NCBI GenBank assembly: GCA_963827755.1
Contig: CAWHCQ010000008.1
Location: forward strand, 1 to 20,107
DNA: 20,107 nt
DNA from: an uncultured Gammaproteobacteria bacterium
Lineage (GTDB): Bacteria > Pseudomonadota > Gammaproteobacteria > UBA9214
Reading direction: 5' to 3'
Part shown: positions 1 to 9,371 of the stretch, in pieces
Position numbering within the stretch: position 1 is the stretch's first letter
Layout: each line of letters begins with the position of its first letter
Made by a program: the position numbers and the translations under genes
The notes under the pieces: generated by a model
Database searches by the model: none
What the model saw: the letters and a program-made list of their open reading frames with translations, nothing else
What the model was told of the DNA's origin: nothing

Positions 1-90
1 ACCCGGCGACGGAAACTGAAGCGGCCGCACGGCATGCTGCCGCTCCGGATAAAAAGCCGGAGGGATCGACGCCCGGGAAAGGCAGGTGCT

Positions 91-336
91 CTATTCCTTA
101 AGGTCCTCCAGGGCCTTCAACCCCTTGATGCGCTGCGCCTTGATAATTTCGCGCTCCATGCCCAGTCGCTTGAGTTTGCGCGCGTCTTTCTCGAGGCGCA
201 TTTTTTCTTTCAGCTCGACTTCCTTTTTCCTGAGTTTTTTCAGCAGCATCTTCAGTTCTTCGCGGTGTTTACGCTGCTTGCGCCCGTCCCTGTCGAGGAA
301 CTCACCGAGCTTCTGTAAGAGTTTTTTTCTTTTCAT
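91..336 (-). CDS. Small Lys/Arg/Glu-rich, probably helical hypothetical protein (81 aa)
   Basis: ATG at 336 with GGAGAGGA SD just upstream (341-348, minus strand); starts 22 nt after the Na/Pi cotransporter stop on the same strand. Confidence 0.7.
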   Translation of the reverse strand: MKRKKLLQKLGEFLDRDGRKQRKHREELKMLLKKLRKKEVELKEKMRLEKDARKLKRLGMEREIIKAQRIKGLKALEDLKE

Positions 337-358
337 TGAATCCTCTCCCCTGCCTGGA

Positions 359-2179
359 TTAGCTGTTCGGGTTCCCGGTGTCGCCATCGGCACCGATCCG
401 TGTGAGTTCGTTCTTGTCCAGCACGACATCGTAGGTCGCCTGTGACGGAGACTGTTCGCCCGCCACGAACAGGGTCTGTGCGGCCCGAATCAGGTTCATG
501 GAAATGTCATGCGCGAAAACGCTGTCGTTGATCAGCGAGGATCCCATGGCCGGGGTGATATCCCGCCTGCCGATCAGTTCGGTCGTGACCTGGTTGACGC
601 GCTTCTGCTCCTCTTCCACCAGCAGCTTCAGACCGTCCAGCGAGAGGATATCCAGCACGCCGCCGCCGGAAGCGCGCATCTCCTCCAGGTCACGGATGAT
701 CAAACCCATCTCCAGCCTGACCCGGTTGTAGACTTCGCGCATTTTCAGGTTTTCAGAACCCACGTAGTGGACCAGGTTCTCCTGCAGCTGACTGGTATCC
801 TTGATGGCTTCCACCAGGTGTGTGCCGGCTTCCCTGAGTCTCTGCAGGTCGGTCGACTGCTCCTCCCTGCGGGAAAATGCCGTCTCGCTGATAAAGGCAA
901 CAATGGCGCTGTATATACCCTTGATGTGCTTTTCGTACATCGCGTCGATGTCGAACTGATGAACCCGCGCCTGTGCCTTGACCTGCTGCTCCAGGTCGAC
1001 ACTCGAGAGCACGTCAGCCACCTTCAGGCCGAGGCCGTCTATGATGATGCGCAGTGCGGCCTCGTACAGGCGCATGGTCTCCAGTCGGACCGCCTCCATC
1101 GCCGTGCCGGGAAATTCCGCCGAGGACTCGGACAGGTATTTTGGCTGGTCCACTTCGGGTTTCTTCTCCGGGATAAACTCTTCCAGCCAGACGACCAGCC
1201 GATTCAGCAGTGGCAGCATCACGACGATGCCGATCAGGTTGAATATCGTGTGGAACACGGCCAGCTTGAGGGTGTAGTTCTCGTCGGCGATCCCCAGCAG
1301 ACCCGATGTCCCGTTCACGATATCGACCAGCTGATAGATAAACGCGATGGCGATGGCACCTGTTACCATGTTAAAGACAAAGTGCGCAGCCGCCAGGCGT
1401 CTACCGGCTTCGTTGGCGCTCATCGCACCCAGGATTGCGGTGATGGTGGTACCGACATTGGCGCCGATGGCCAGCGCGAGTGCGTTTTCATAGGTAATCT
1501 GGCCAGCCGCCAGCGCGGTGATGATCAACACCAGGGTGGCGTGGCTGGACTGCATCACCACGGTGGCAAAAATGCCGATGGCCGTGAACAGGAGCACCCC
1601 GGGATACCCGGCGACCGCGTACTCGGCCAGGTTGATGGTTTCCTTGAAGGTCTCGAAACCCTCTTTCATGTAGTGAATGCCGAGAAACAGAAATCCCAGT
1701 CCGGCGAGGATATAACCGATACCCTTGAGTGACTTCGAAGACTGGAAAACCAGGATCACGCCGAACGCCAGCAGCGGCATGGCATAGGCGGCAATATTGA
1801 CCTTGAGCCCGAAACCGGCAATCAGCCAGGCCCCGGTCGTGGTGCCCAGGTTGGCACCGAAGATGATGCCGATGCCGGCGGTCAGGGTGATGAGTCCCGC
1901 ACTGAGAAAGGAGATGGTAATCACCGAGACCAGCGAACTGGACTGCATCAGCGAAGTGCTGACGATACCGAACAGCAGACTCTTGCCGGTGGAGGATGTG
2001 GTGCGCTTCAGAATCCGGTCGAGGGCCCCGCCGGTGAAGGCGCGGAAGCCCTCCTCCAGCGACAACATGCCGAACAAAAAGATGGCGACGCCCGCGGCAA
2101 TGGCCTTGAAGTTCGGGCTTACCCAGAAACCATAGGCAAGCACCAGCAAAATGGTCGGAAGAAGAATTTTTTTCAGCAA
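359..2179 (-). CDS. Na/Pi cotransporter family protein (NptA/YjbB-like) with helical PhoU-like C-terminal region
   Basis: Duplicated family motifs QSSS...GANLGTT and QSSHAT...GANVGTT; many hydrophobic segments; helical cytoplasmic C-terminus; TTG start. Confidence 0.92.
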   Translation of the reverse strand: MLKKILLPTILLVLAYGFWVSPNFKAIAAGVAIFLFGMLSLEEGFRAFTGGALDRILKRTTSSTGKSLLFGIVSTSLMQSSSLVSVITISFLSAGLITLTAGIGIIFGANLGTTTGAWLIAGFGLKVNIAAYAMPLLAFGVILVFQSSKSLKGIGYILAGLGFLFLGIHYMKEGFETFKETINLAEYAVAGYPGVLLFTAIGIFATVVMQSSHATLVLIITALAAGQITYENALALAIGANVGTTITAILGAMSANEAGRRLAAAHFVFNMVTGAIAIAFIYQLVDIVNGTSGLLGIADENYTLKLAVFHTIFNLIGIVVMLPLLNRLVVWLEEFIPEKKPEVDQPKYLSESSAEFPGTAMEAVRLETMRLYEAALRIIIDGLGLKVADVLSSVDLEQQVKAQARVHQFDIDAMYEKHIKGIYSAIVAFISETAFSRREEQSTDLQRLREAGTHLVEAIKDTSQLQENLVHYVGSENLKMREVYNRVRLEMGLIIRDLEEMRASGGGVLDILSLDGLKLLVEEEQKRVNQVTTELIGRRDITPAMGSSLINDSVFAHDISMNLIRAAQTLFVAGEQSPSQATYDVVLDKNELTRIGADGDTGNPNS

Positions 2180-2285
2180 GACCTGGTCACCTCTGTAAAT
2201 CCGGCTTGTGCAGCCCGGTGCATCCTGGTGATTATGCTAACGTACTCTAGCAGAGTTTTTCCCGGCTGGTACTGCTTTCAGTTTT

Positions 2286-3011
2286 CTAGCAAACCAGCAT
2301 GCGATAATCCTGTGCCGCAAATAACCGGCCGCTTGGCCCGTTGTCGTCCAGCAGAGCCGGGACAAGTGCGCCCGGCAATACGTCCTCGACCGGGTACATG
2401 GCGTCCTGTCCGCCCATGTCGGTCTTCAGCCAGCCCGGATCGAGGTAATTTACCAGCACATTGCTGCCTTTCAGTTCAAATGCCAGGTCCCGGGAATATT
2501 TTTCGACCGCGGCCTTGGAAACACCGTAAGGTGCAAGATTCGGGGTGTCCTTGATCCCGGATGACAGGTTAATGATACGACCATAGCCGCGGCGCTTCAT
2601 CTCCGGTCCAAAGGCATTGCACAGGGCGATCATCGCCAGCAGGTTGATACGAAAGATATCCAGCCATTCTTCAGCGGTCACTTCCCAGACCGGTTTCCAT
2701 TGACTCATTACGGCGGCATTGTTGTAGAGAATATCGACGTGTCCGGGCCCTGAGCGTACCGCGTCGATCACGGACTGGATACCTTCCCTGCTCGATAAAT
2801 CCCCACTGACGCTGTGTACCTGTACACCGGATGATTTGAGCAGTTCAACCGTCCTGGCCGTGTTTTCCGGCTTGCGCCCGTGAACGACCAGGTTGCACTT
2901 GCGATCGGCCAGCCCCGTTGCAATCTGTTGGCCGATGCCGCGGCTGGATCCTGTCACCAGCGCCCATTTTCCTTCCAGTAATTTCATGCTTCTCCTGTTT
3001 TCACTGTTCAT
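2286..3011 (-). CDS. SDR family NAD(P)-dependent oxidoreductase
   Basis: TGSSRGIG Rossmann motif, NNAA motif, catalytic YGVSK (YxxxK), PGWLKT; ATGA overlap with the opcA stop (alternative start 2987 with AGGAG SD). Confidence 0.92.
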   Translation of the reverse strand: MNSENRRSMKLLEGKWALVTGSSRGIGQQIATGLADRKCNLVVHGRKPENTARTVELLKSSGVQVHSVSGDLSSREGIQSVIDAVRSGPGHVDILYNNAAVMSQWKPVWEVTAEEWLDIFRINLLAMIALCNAFGPEMKRRGYGRIINLSSGIKDTPNLAPYGVSKAAVEKYSRDLAFELKGSNVLVNYLDPGWLKTDMGGQDAMYPVEDVLPGALVPALLDDNGPSGRLFAAQDYRMLVC

Positions 3012-4132
3012 CGAGCCGCCTGCTTGTTCAGAACACCCGCCATGACTTGCGCAACGGCGATGGATTGCTCAAACAGGGGATCTTTCGTGCGGTGGGCGAG
3101 TTGTGCGGCGATCATCATCTCCAGGGGCACTTCGCGTGCGGGAATACTGGTGGCCGGCAAGGTGGATTCTTCCGGCAGCAATGACAACCTGTGATCATCG
3201 CCATACAGAAAACCGGCACGCCCCGGTGCAGCACCCTGCCATGCCAGGTTCAACTTGCGGACCTGTGCGATACCTTCGGAAGAGCGGTGAATCTGCACCC
3301 GTAGATCCCCTTGTGGCGCACGAAAGGCCCAGCCCACTTCACTGCCTGAATGTACTTCCCCTTTCTGCGGCTTCCATTGTAACCGGGCCGCCAGCCAGCC
3401 AATCAGCAACCATGCCATTGGCAGCGCATGGGGTCCGTGCTCGATGCGGATTGAATCGATATTCTGCAATGCACCCGGCGCCACCCTGGGATCCAGTACC
3501 TGTGCCAGGATACGCCGCCACGGCTTCAGGTAACGCCATGCCAGGTTAAATACCGGCCGTTTTTCCCCCATTACCCAGCGTGTCATGGCACGTACGCCCT
3601 CGGCCGGGTTTGGCCAGCCGACACTGTCATAAATCACCTGGTCTGCCAGCTCTGCCAGGGTATCGAACAGGCCTTCACTAAGCGGTGGCGGTTGATTACT
3701 CGCCCACCACAGGGCCGTCGGCAAATCACCAATCAACAGGGGGCGCAACACGGATCCAAGACGCCCTGCCAATGCCGGGTCAAAGCGGATATCGACATGC
3801 TCGGAGCAGAGTTGCTTGCTGCCGTTGGTAAGCCGGCAGTGAGCCGAAACCTCGGCCTCGATGGAATGGCCTTTTGGCGCACATGCGGTCAGTAAAAATA
3901 CCCGTGCCGGATGCCTCTCCACCAACTCTGGAATACGTTCACTGACATTGCGTGCCTGTTCTTCCGTCTGACAGGCGATAATGAGATTGGACATGCAGGC
4001 ACGCGTTACCCCTTGCTCCTCCTCGCCTTCGCCATGCAGTGCTACCCAAAGCCGGTTGAGTGCCAGTTCGATGTCGGCCAGATTGACCCGTGTCCCGGAT
4101 GCAGTAATAGTTGCAGAAGATAATTCCTTCAT
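3008..4132 (-). CDS. opcA: Glucose-6-phosphate dehydrogenase assembly protein OpcA
   Basis: RACMSNLII, HPAR, CSE, PLLIGDLPTALWW and LAWRYLKPWR motifs; start overlaps the zwf stop (ATGA). Confidence 0.88.
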   Translation of the reverse strand: MKELSSATITASGTRVNLADIELALNRLWVALHGEGEEEQGVTRACMSNLIIACQTEEQARNVSERIPELVERHPARVFLLTACAPKGHSIEAEVSAHCRLTNGSKQLCSEHVDIRFDPALAGRLGSVLRPLLIGDLPTALWWASNQPPPLSEGLFDTLAELADQVIYDSVGWPNPAEGVRAMTRWVMGEKRPVFNLAWRYLKPWRRILAQVLDPRVAPGALQNIDSIRIEHGPHALPMAWLLIGWLAARLQWKPQKGEVHSGSEVGWAFRAPQGDLRVQIHRSSEGIAQVRKLNLAWQGAAPGRAGFLYGDDHRLSLLPEESTLPATSIPAREVPLEMMIAAQLAHRTKDPLFEQSIAVAQVMAGVLNKQAAR

Positions 4133-5673
4133 AGCACGCGCCAGCGCCGCCCGTCGTCTTCAATCAATCGGTCGGCTTCCACCGGTCCCCAGGTACCTGC
4201 CGGATATTCCGGCAGCCAGCGTTTGTTACCCTGGTCCCAGGCATCGAGCAAGGGCTGTATCCAGCGCCAGGATGCCTCGACGGCGTCACGCCGCATGAAC
4301 AGGGTGGCGTCTCCCGCCATTACATCAATCAATAAACGCTCATAGGCCTCGGGGGATTGATCGCCAAACGTACTGCCATAGCGAAAATCCATTTTCACAG
4401 GATAGATCTTCACCCGCGACCCGGGTAACTTGGTGGCGATGCGCAGGGACAAACCCTCGTCCGGCTGGAGACGCAACGCCAGCACATTGGGGTCAAGCGG
4501 GTGGTCGTTGTCTGAATTGAAAAGGATATGCGGCACATCCTTGAACTGCACCGCAATTTCGCTGACCCGCTTCGGCAATCGCTTCCCGGTGCGGATATAG
4601 ATGGGAACACCGGCCCAGCGCCAGTTATCAATGAACAGTCGCAGCACCACATAACTTTCCGTGGTTGAATCACTGGCGACGCCTTCTTCGCGACGATAAC
4701 CGGGCACATCATCACCCTGGAAAAAGCCATGCGCATACTGGGCACGCACAACATGCGACTCGACATCCTCTATTTTAAGGGGCCGCAAGCAGTGCAACAC
4801 ATCCAGCCGGTGGTCACGGATCACGTCGGCATCCATGGACCAGGGTGGCTCCATGGCCATAAGAGAAAGCAACTGCAGGATATGATTTTGCACCATATCG
4901 CGAAGCGCGCCTGCACTCTCGTAATAACCGGCGCGGGTTCCAACGCCCTCCGCCTCTGCCACGGTTATCTGCACGTGGTCGATATGCTTGGAATTCCACA
5001 AGGGTTCAAAGATCGCATTGCCAAAACGCATGACCAGGATATTCTGTACGGTCTCCTTGCCAAGGTAATGATCGATACGATAAATCTGCTGCTCGGCAAA
5101 GCATGCACCGATAATTTCGTTCACCTCTTCGGCACTCTGCAGGTCGCGGCCAATGGGTTTTTCCACAATGATGCGAGAGAACGGGCCATCGGATGTCTCG
5201 TCCTGCACCAGCCCTGCAGCCTTGAGTTGCTGCACGCAAACACCGATAAGACGCGGTGGAATAGCAAGGTAAAAAACCCGGTTGCCCGGAATTCCGAACT
5301 GCGGCTCTATTTCATCCAGGCGCTGCTTCAGTCTTTCATAGGCGGCAGGATCATCAAAACTGCCCTGTTGATAAAACAGCTGCCGCTCATAATTCGGCCA
5401 GTGCTCTTCATCCAGCGCCTGGCGTGAAAAACGCTCGACACCCTGGCGCGCAAACCCGCGGTATCCGGCATCATCCATCTCTTCAATGGAGAAGCCGAGT
5501 ACGGCGAAATTGGCAGGCAGCACGCCGTCCACGCCCAGGTTGTAAATCGCCGGCAACAGTTTTCGCCCGGAAAGATCGCCCGCGCCGCCGAAAATCACCA
5601 GGGTGCAGGGTTGCGGCAGAATCGCCTCGGACAGGCCCACGGTGAGTGGATTGGCATTTTCCGCTGCACTCAT
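4129..5673 (-). CDS. zwf: Glucose-6-phosphate 1-dehydrogenase
   Basis: IFGGAGDLS, EKPIG, RIDHYLGKE, DMVQNH and RWAGVP motifs. Confidence 0.97.
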   Translation of the reverse strand: MSAAENANPLTVGLSEAILPQPCTLVIFGGAGDLSGRKLLPAIYNLGVDGVLPANFAVLGFSIEEMDDAGYRGFARQGVERFSRQALDEEHWPNYERQLFYQQGSFDDPAAYERLKQRLDEIEPQFGIPGNRVFYLAIPPRLIGVCVQQLKAAGLVQDETSDGPFSRIIVEKPIGRDLQSAEEVNEIIGACFAEQQIYRIDHYLGKETVQNILVMRFGNAIFEPLWNSKHIDHVQITVAEAEGVGTRAGYYESAGALRDMVQNHILQLLSLMAMEPPWSMDADVIRDHRLDVLHCLRPLKIEDVESHVVRAQYAHGFFQGDDVPGYRREEGVASDSTTESYVVLRLFIDNWRWAGVPIYIRTGKRLPKRVSEIAVQFKDVPHILFNSDNDHPLDPNVLALRLQPDEGLSLRIATKLPGSRVKIYPVKMDFRYGSTFGDQSPEAYERLLIDVMAGDATLFMRRDAVEASWRWIQPLLDAWDQGNKRWLPEYPAGTWGPVEADRLIEDDGRRWRVL

Positions 5674-6667
5674 CTACGCATCTCCCGCGTTGCTTGCTTT
5701 CTCCGTGTGGCCACCAAACTGGCTGCGCATGGCTGAAAGCATTTTCTCGGCGAAGGTATGCTCCTGGCGGGAGCGAAACCGGGTATACAAGGCAGCGGTC
5801 AATACCTCCGCCGGCACCTCTTCTTCAATGGCAGCCTGTACCGTCCAGCGGCCTTCTCCTGAATCCTGCACATACCCGCTGAAGTTTCCCAACTGCGGAT
5901 CTTCCTGCAGCGAGATGCTACACAGGTCCAGCAGCCATGAACTCACGACACTGCCACGCCGCCATACCTCGGCGATTTCACCAAGATCCAGTTCATAACG
6001 CATGTCCTCCGGCAGCGATTCCCTGGCGGCATTCTTCATAATATCGAAGCCCTCCGCATAGGCCTGCATCATGCCGTATTCAATGCCATTGTGGATCATC
6101 TTCACAAAGTGGCCGGAACCCGCAGGGCCGCAGTGAAAATAACCGGCTATCGGCACTGCCCTTGTTCGCCGGCCGTCCAGGCGTCGCCGGGATATCGCCC
6201 AGCCCGGGAGCCAGGCAACGAAATACCGGGTCGAGATAATCCACCGCAACTTTCGGTCCGCCGATCATCAGGCAGTAGCCCCGCTCGCGCCCCCATACAC
6301 CGCCGCTGGTGCCGACATCGATATAATGAATTCCAGCTGCTGATAATTCCTGCGCACGGCGCACATCGTCCTTGAAGTAGCTGTTGCCGCCGTCAATGAC
6401 GATATCTTCTGCACTGAAGCGTTCACCCAGGGCCTTCACGGTCTGCTCGGTTGCTTCACCATGCGGCACCATGCACCAGGCGGTTCGCGGCGGCTCCAGC
6501 CAGGACACGAATTCATCCAGGGAGGTTGTCGCCCTGACGCCCTCGGCCTGCATCTGCTCTACATTTTCCGGCGACAGATCCATGCCGACACATTGATGCC
6601 CACCCGCATGCAAGCGCAACAACATATTGCTTCCCATGCGTCCCAGTCCGACCATTCCGATTTGCAT
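5674..6667 (-). CDS. gnd: Decarboxylating 6-phosphogluconate dehydrogenase (short type), one frameshift near 6145
   Basis: N-half [12 protein letters not shown]...DGGNS...DVGTSGG in ORF 6080..6700; C-half [14 protein letters not shown]...DSGEGRWT...FGGH in ORF 5674..6249; removing one base near 6145 joins them. Confidence 0.92.
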
Positions 6668-6832
6668 TGTGTAGCGTCCCCCGTGAGGTGATTTTTTCAC
6701 CGTTTAAAGATTGGCAATAATAGTACCAGACAAATAGCAGTTCTATCGGATAAAAAATGACGCACTGATGATAGAGCGACCCGCTTCAGCATGCCTTGTT
6801 TCGGGTCACAGCTTTGTGTCGCGCGCTGCGCT

Positions 6833-7753
6833 TTACAAAGCCACAAAGCGCGGGCTTTTATCTTCGCGAATGGTGTCCAGGAACAGGTCGATAAAGGTTT
6901 GCTGGTGACGATGAATATACTTGTTTTTCAGATAGGCAATGCGCGAAACTTCCCAGGGGAACAGCTTGCTTATATCCCTGGAACGTAGTGGTTTATCAAT
7001 TTCAGCATTAAATGCCATGCAGGCAATAATTCCAATTCCCATTCCATCCAGCACGTAGGTTTTAATGATATCGGTATCCGCTGCACTTAACACGATGTTG
7101 GGCTTGAGCTGTGCATGCTGGAAGGTCTCATCCAGCTTCTTGCGTCCTGTAAAACCCATTACGTAGGTAATAAGGGGATAGTCACACAGGTCCTTCAAGC
7201 CGGGCTGCTTTAGTTTCAAAATCGGGTGATCAGGCAAGGCAATCAGGCAACGGTTCCAGCGGTAACAGGGAATGCTCGCCAGCATTTCCGACTGCGCCAG
7301 CTCTTCGGTGCATATAGAAAAATCCACCACATCGTTGACCGCCAACTCTACCAGCTGCTGCGGGGTACCCTGGTGCATCTGCAATTCAACATTCGGGTAA
7401 CTCTGGTGAAACCGGTTGATCACCAGCGGTAAAATATAGCGCGCCTGGGTATGCGTACAGCCAATGCGCAGGACACCATGGCTCAGTTGTTGCGCATCCT
7501 GTGCCATGCGACGGATATTTTTAACACTCTGGATCGCATAGTGCGCCTGTTCTTCGACCTGCCTGCCGAAATCTGTCAAACCAACCAGTCGTTTACCTTT
7601 GCGAATAAACACATCGCAATCCAGCTCCTGTTCCAGGCGCTTCAATTGCTGCGAGACTGCCGACTGCACCAGGAACAGTTTTTCTGCGGTGCGTGAAACG
7701 CTGAAATCATTGTTGATCAGGGCGATCAGCGTGCTTAACTGGCGTAATTCCAT
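6833..7753 (-). CDS. cysB: LysR-family regulator, CysB/Cbl subfamily
   Basis: N-terminal HTH; THTQARY, HQGTPQQ, YPLITY..GFTGR and DTDIIKTYV motifs typical of CysB/Cbl. Orthology to cysB versus cbl cannot be resolved here. Confidence 0.85.
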   Translation of the reverse strand: MELRQLSTLIALINNDFSVSRTAEKLFLVQSAVSQQLKRLEQELDCDVFIRKGKRLVGLTDFGRQVEEQAHYAIQSVKNIRRMAQDAQQLSHGVLRIGCTHTQARYILPLVINRFHQSYPNVELQMHQGTPQQLVELAVNDVVDFSICTEELAQSEMLASIPCYRWNRCLIALPDHPILKLKQPGLKDLCDYPLITYVMGFTGRKKLDETFQHAQLKPNIVLSAADTDIIKTYVLDGMGIGIIACMAFNAEIDKPLRSRDISKLFPWEVSRIAYLKNKYIHRHQQTFIDLFLDTIREDKSPRFVAL

Positions 7754-7761
7754 TCCGACAC

Positions 7762-7809
7762 TATATCGATATTATTGATATACATTCATAATTTATCACT
7801 TATATTAAT
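7762..7809. promoter_or_regulatory. Putative LysR (T-N11-A) binding sites in the divergent cysB/dsrC-like promoter
   Basis: TATATC-N9-GATATA at 7762-7782 and a weaker ATC-N9-AAT at 7795-7809 in an AT-rich intergenic region. Confidence 0.5.
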
Positions 7810-7829
7810 AATATTGCCATGTATAGTGG

Positions 7830-7846
7830 TTGCTCTATAGCAGATA
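7830..7846. promoter_or_regulatory. Near-match to the TGCTATATAGCA palindrome (TTGCTCTATAGCAGATA)
   Basis: 16/17 identical to the copies at 10306-10322 and 17671-17687; immediately before the AGGAG SD. Confidence 0.55.
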
Positions 7847-7858
7847 GGAGACCTATCG

Positions 7859-8200
7859 ATGACCCAGCTTCAATATTTGGAATATGTCAATAATTCAGAG
7901 TCTTACGTCCTCATAGACAAGGAAGGATACCTCCTTGACCCGCTGGACTGGACGCGCGCCTTCACTGAAGGCAGGGCCCGCGAGGCAGACATCGAGCTGA
8001 CGGATAAACACTGGCACTTGATCGAAATTATCCGTGACAAATACCTGAGACTGGGTGCACTGCCGCCGATACGCAGTGTATGTAAAGCCGTTGGTTTTGA
8101 GAAACATGAACTCAAGCGGCAGTTCGGAAGCTGTCTCAATCTATGGAGGATTGCCGGATTACCCAACCCGGGTGAAGAAGCCGTCGCGTATATGAACTAG
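7859..8200 (+). CDS. TusE/DsrC/DsvC family protein lacking the conserved C-terminal cysteines
   Basis: DKEGYL..P.DW, LTDKHW.LI..IR and RIAGLP.P motifs; ends GLPNPGEEAVAYMN rather than GLPKPxGCV; AGGAG SD. Confidence 0.85.
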   Translation: MTQLQYLEYVNNSESYVLIDKEGYLLDPLDWTRAFTEGRAREADIELTDKHWHLIEIIRDKYLRLGALPPIRSVCKAVGFEKHELKRQFGSCLNLWRIAGLPNPGEEAVAYMN

Positions 8201-8242
8201 CCCCCGGTTTTAGTTCGAACCCGGTCATTCTCAGGAGTTACA

Positions 8243-8265
8243 GCACACCCCGACAGGGGCTGTGC
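8243..8265. terminator. GC-rich hairpin between convergent genes (possible terminator)
   Basis: GCACACCCC-GACA-GGGG(C)TGTGC; no clear U-tract. Confidence 0.3.
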
Positions 8266-8273
8266 ATCCCGGC

Positions 8274-9287
8274 TTACTGAAGCAGCTTCTTCGGTGTCCG
8301 GTCGGCTTTATACACGCCCCAGTGCTTTTCAGCCTTGTCCATTGGATTCTCGCCGTCAAAGCCACCCTTCCAGTTTTCATCGAAGGCTTCGAAATACAAC
8401 GAGATCACCCCGTTTTCGTTTACCCACGCATCGTACTGGTCGAAGAAGATCTTCTGCTCATCTTCCCCGGCCTTGCCGATAAGCTTGCCCTCGTAACTGG
8501 TGGTGTCATAGACCCTGCTGGTCGGCCAGCCGGTCTCGGTATAGGCAATCAAATGGTCCGGATATCGTTCTTGAATATCGCGGTAGATCGAATCTGTCCA
8601 GCTCATGGCTTCCTGAAGAGTTTTATTATTCCAGAAGGCATAGGCATGCAGGCCGATAAAATCAATCTCAGCGGCTATTGTTTTTGCGTGCTCCTTGTTC
8701 CAGAAGTTGTAATCATCATTCACCGTAACCGGTTGCCTGATTTTCGAGCGCACATCGCGGATATATCCCACCACTCTATCCATGTCCTCGATCTTGTGCC
8801 CTGACCAGTCGACAAAGATCTCGTTGCCGACATTGACTGCAACGATGATGTCGGGAAACCGGTTTGCCAGCTCAATGGCCTGGTCCACCTGCGCCTGATT
8901 CTGTTCCGGCGTCTGGTGTCCTGCCAGCCACGCGCCCTGCATGACGCGTATGGGCAGCTTGTTGTCCCGAATCACCTCGAGGATGTTTTGCGACTGCTCT
9001 CCCGAATCGTATACCCTGATCAGGTTCCATCTTTTTGAAAGCAGCTGAAGATCTTCAAGAATATTTTCTTTTGAGGTAAGACTCCCCTTGTCGGGCCCCT
9101 CTCCATCCCGGTAGGCACCGTAGGAGATACCGTTGCCTATCCACTGGCCGTCGAGTGTCGGGTTGAACGCCCGCTTGATGATGCTGACATTCGCAAGCGG
9201 CGTTTCAGCTGAAATTTTCTGTGAAGAATCGCAGGCAGCCAGCAGGAATATGGCTGCGAATAGAATGAGTACGTTTTTAGAAATCAC
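8274..9287 (-). CDS. Glycoside hydrolase family 17 (beta-1,3-glucanase/transglucosylase-like), predicted lipoprotein
   Basis: ISYGAYR, IRVYD, VNVGNE (acid/base), TETGWPT (nucleophile), YFEAFDENWK and EKHWG motifs; LAAC lipobox; GTG start at 9287 with GGAGA SD. Confidence 0.88.
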   Translation of the reverse strand: MISKNVLILFAAIFLLAACDSSQKISAETPLANVSIIKRAFNPTLDGQWIGNGISYGAYRDGEGPDKGSLTSKENILEDLQLLSKRWNLIRVYDSGEQSQNILEVIRDNKLPIRVMQGAWLAGHQTPEQNQAQVDQAIELANRFPDIIVAVNVGNEIFVDWSGHKIEDMDRVVGYIRDVRSKIRQPVTVNDDYNFWNKEHAKTIAAEIDFIGLHAYAFWNNKTLQEAMSWTDSIYRDIQERYPDHLIAYTETGWPTSRVYDTTSYEGKLIGKAGEDEQKIFFDQYDAWVNENGVISLYFEAFDENWKGGFDGENPMDKAEKHWGVYKADRTPKKLLQ

Positions 9288-9297
9288 AGTTCTCCGG

Positions 9298-9325
9298 TTG
9301 ATGCTTGATGCGTTGATGCTTGATG
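9298..9325 (+). repeat. Short tandem repeat (TTGATGC) x4 in the GH17 leader
   Basis: TTGATGC TTGATGC G TTGATGC TTGATG. Confidence 0.8.
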
Positions 9326-9333
9326 TTAACATA

Positions 9334-9343
9334 GCTATATAGC
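9334..9343. promoter_or_regulatory. GCTATATAGC palindrome upstream of the GH17 gene
   Basis: Perfect 10-bp palindrome lying between a candidate minus-strand TTGATA (9358-9353) and TATGTT (9333-9328). Confidence 0.6.
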
Positions 9344-9371
9344 AGCCAGTACTATCAAGCCGGCGTAAAGG

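Noticed and set aside
509-1732. Long antisense ORFs (509..1732, 4729..5427, 13840..14715, 14767..15552, 18461..19420)
   Set aside because: They are shadows of well-supported opposite-strand genes in GC-rich DNA and show no recognisable motifs.
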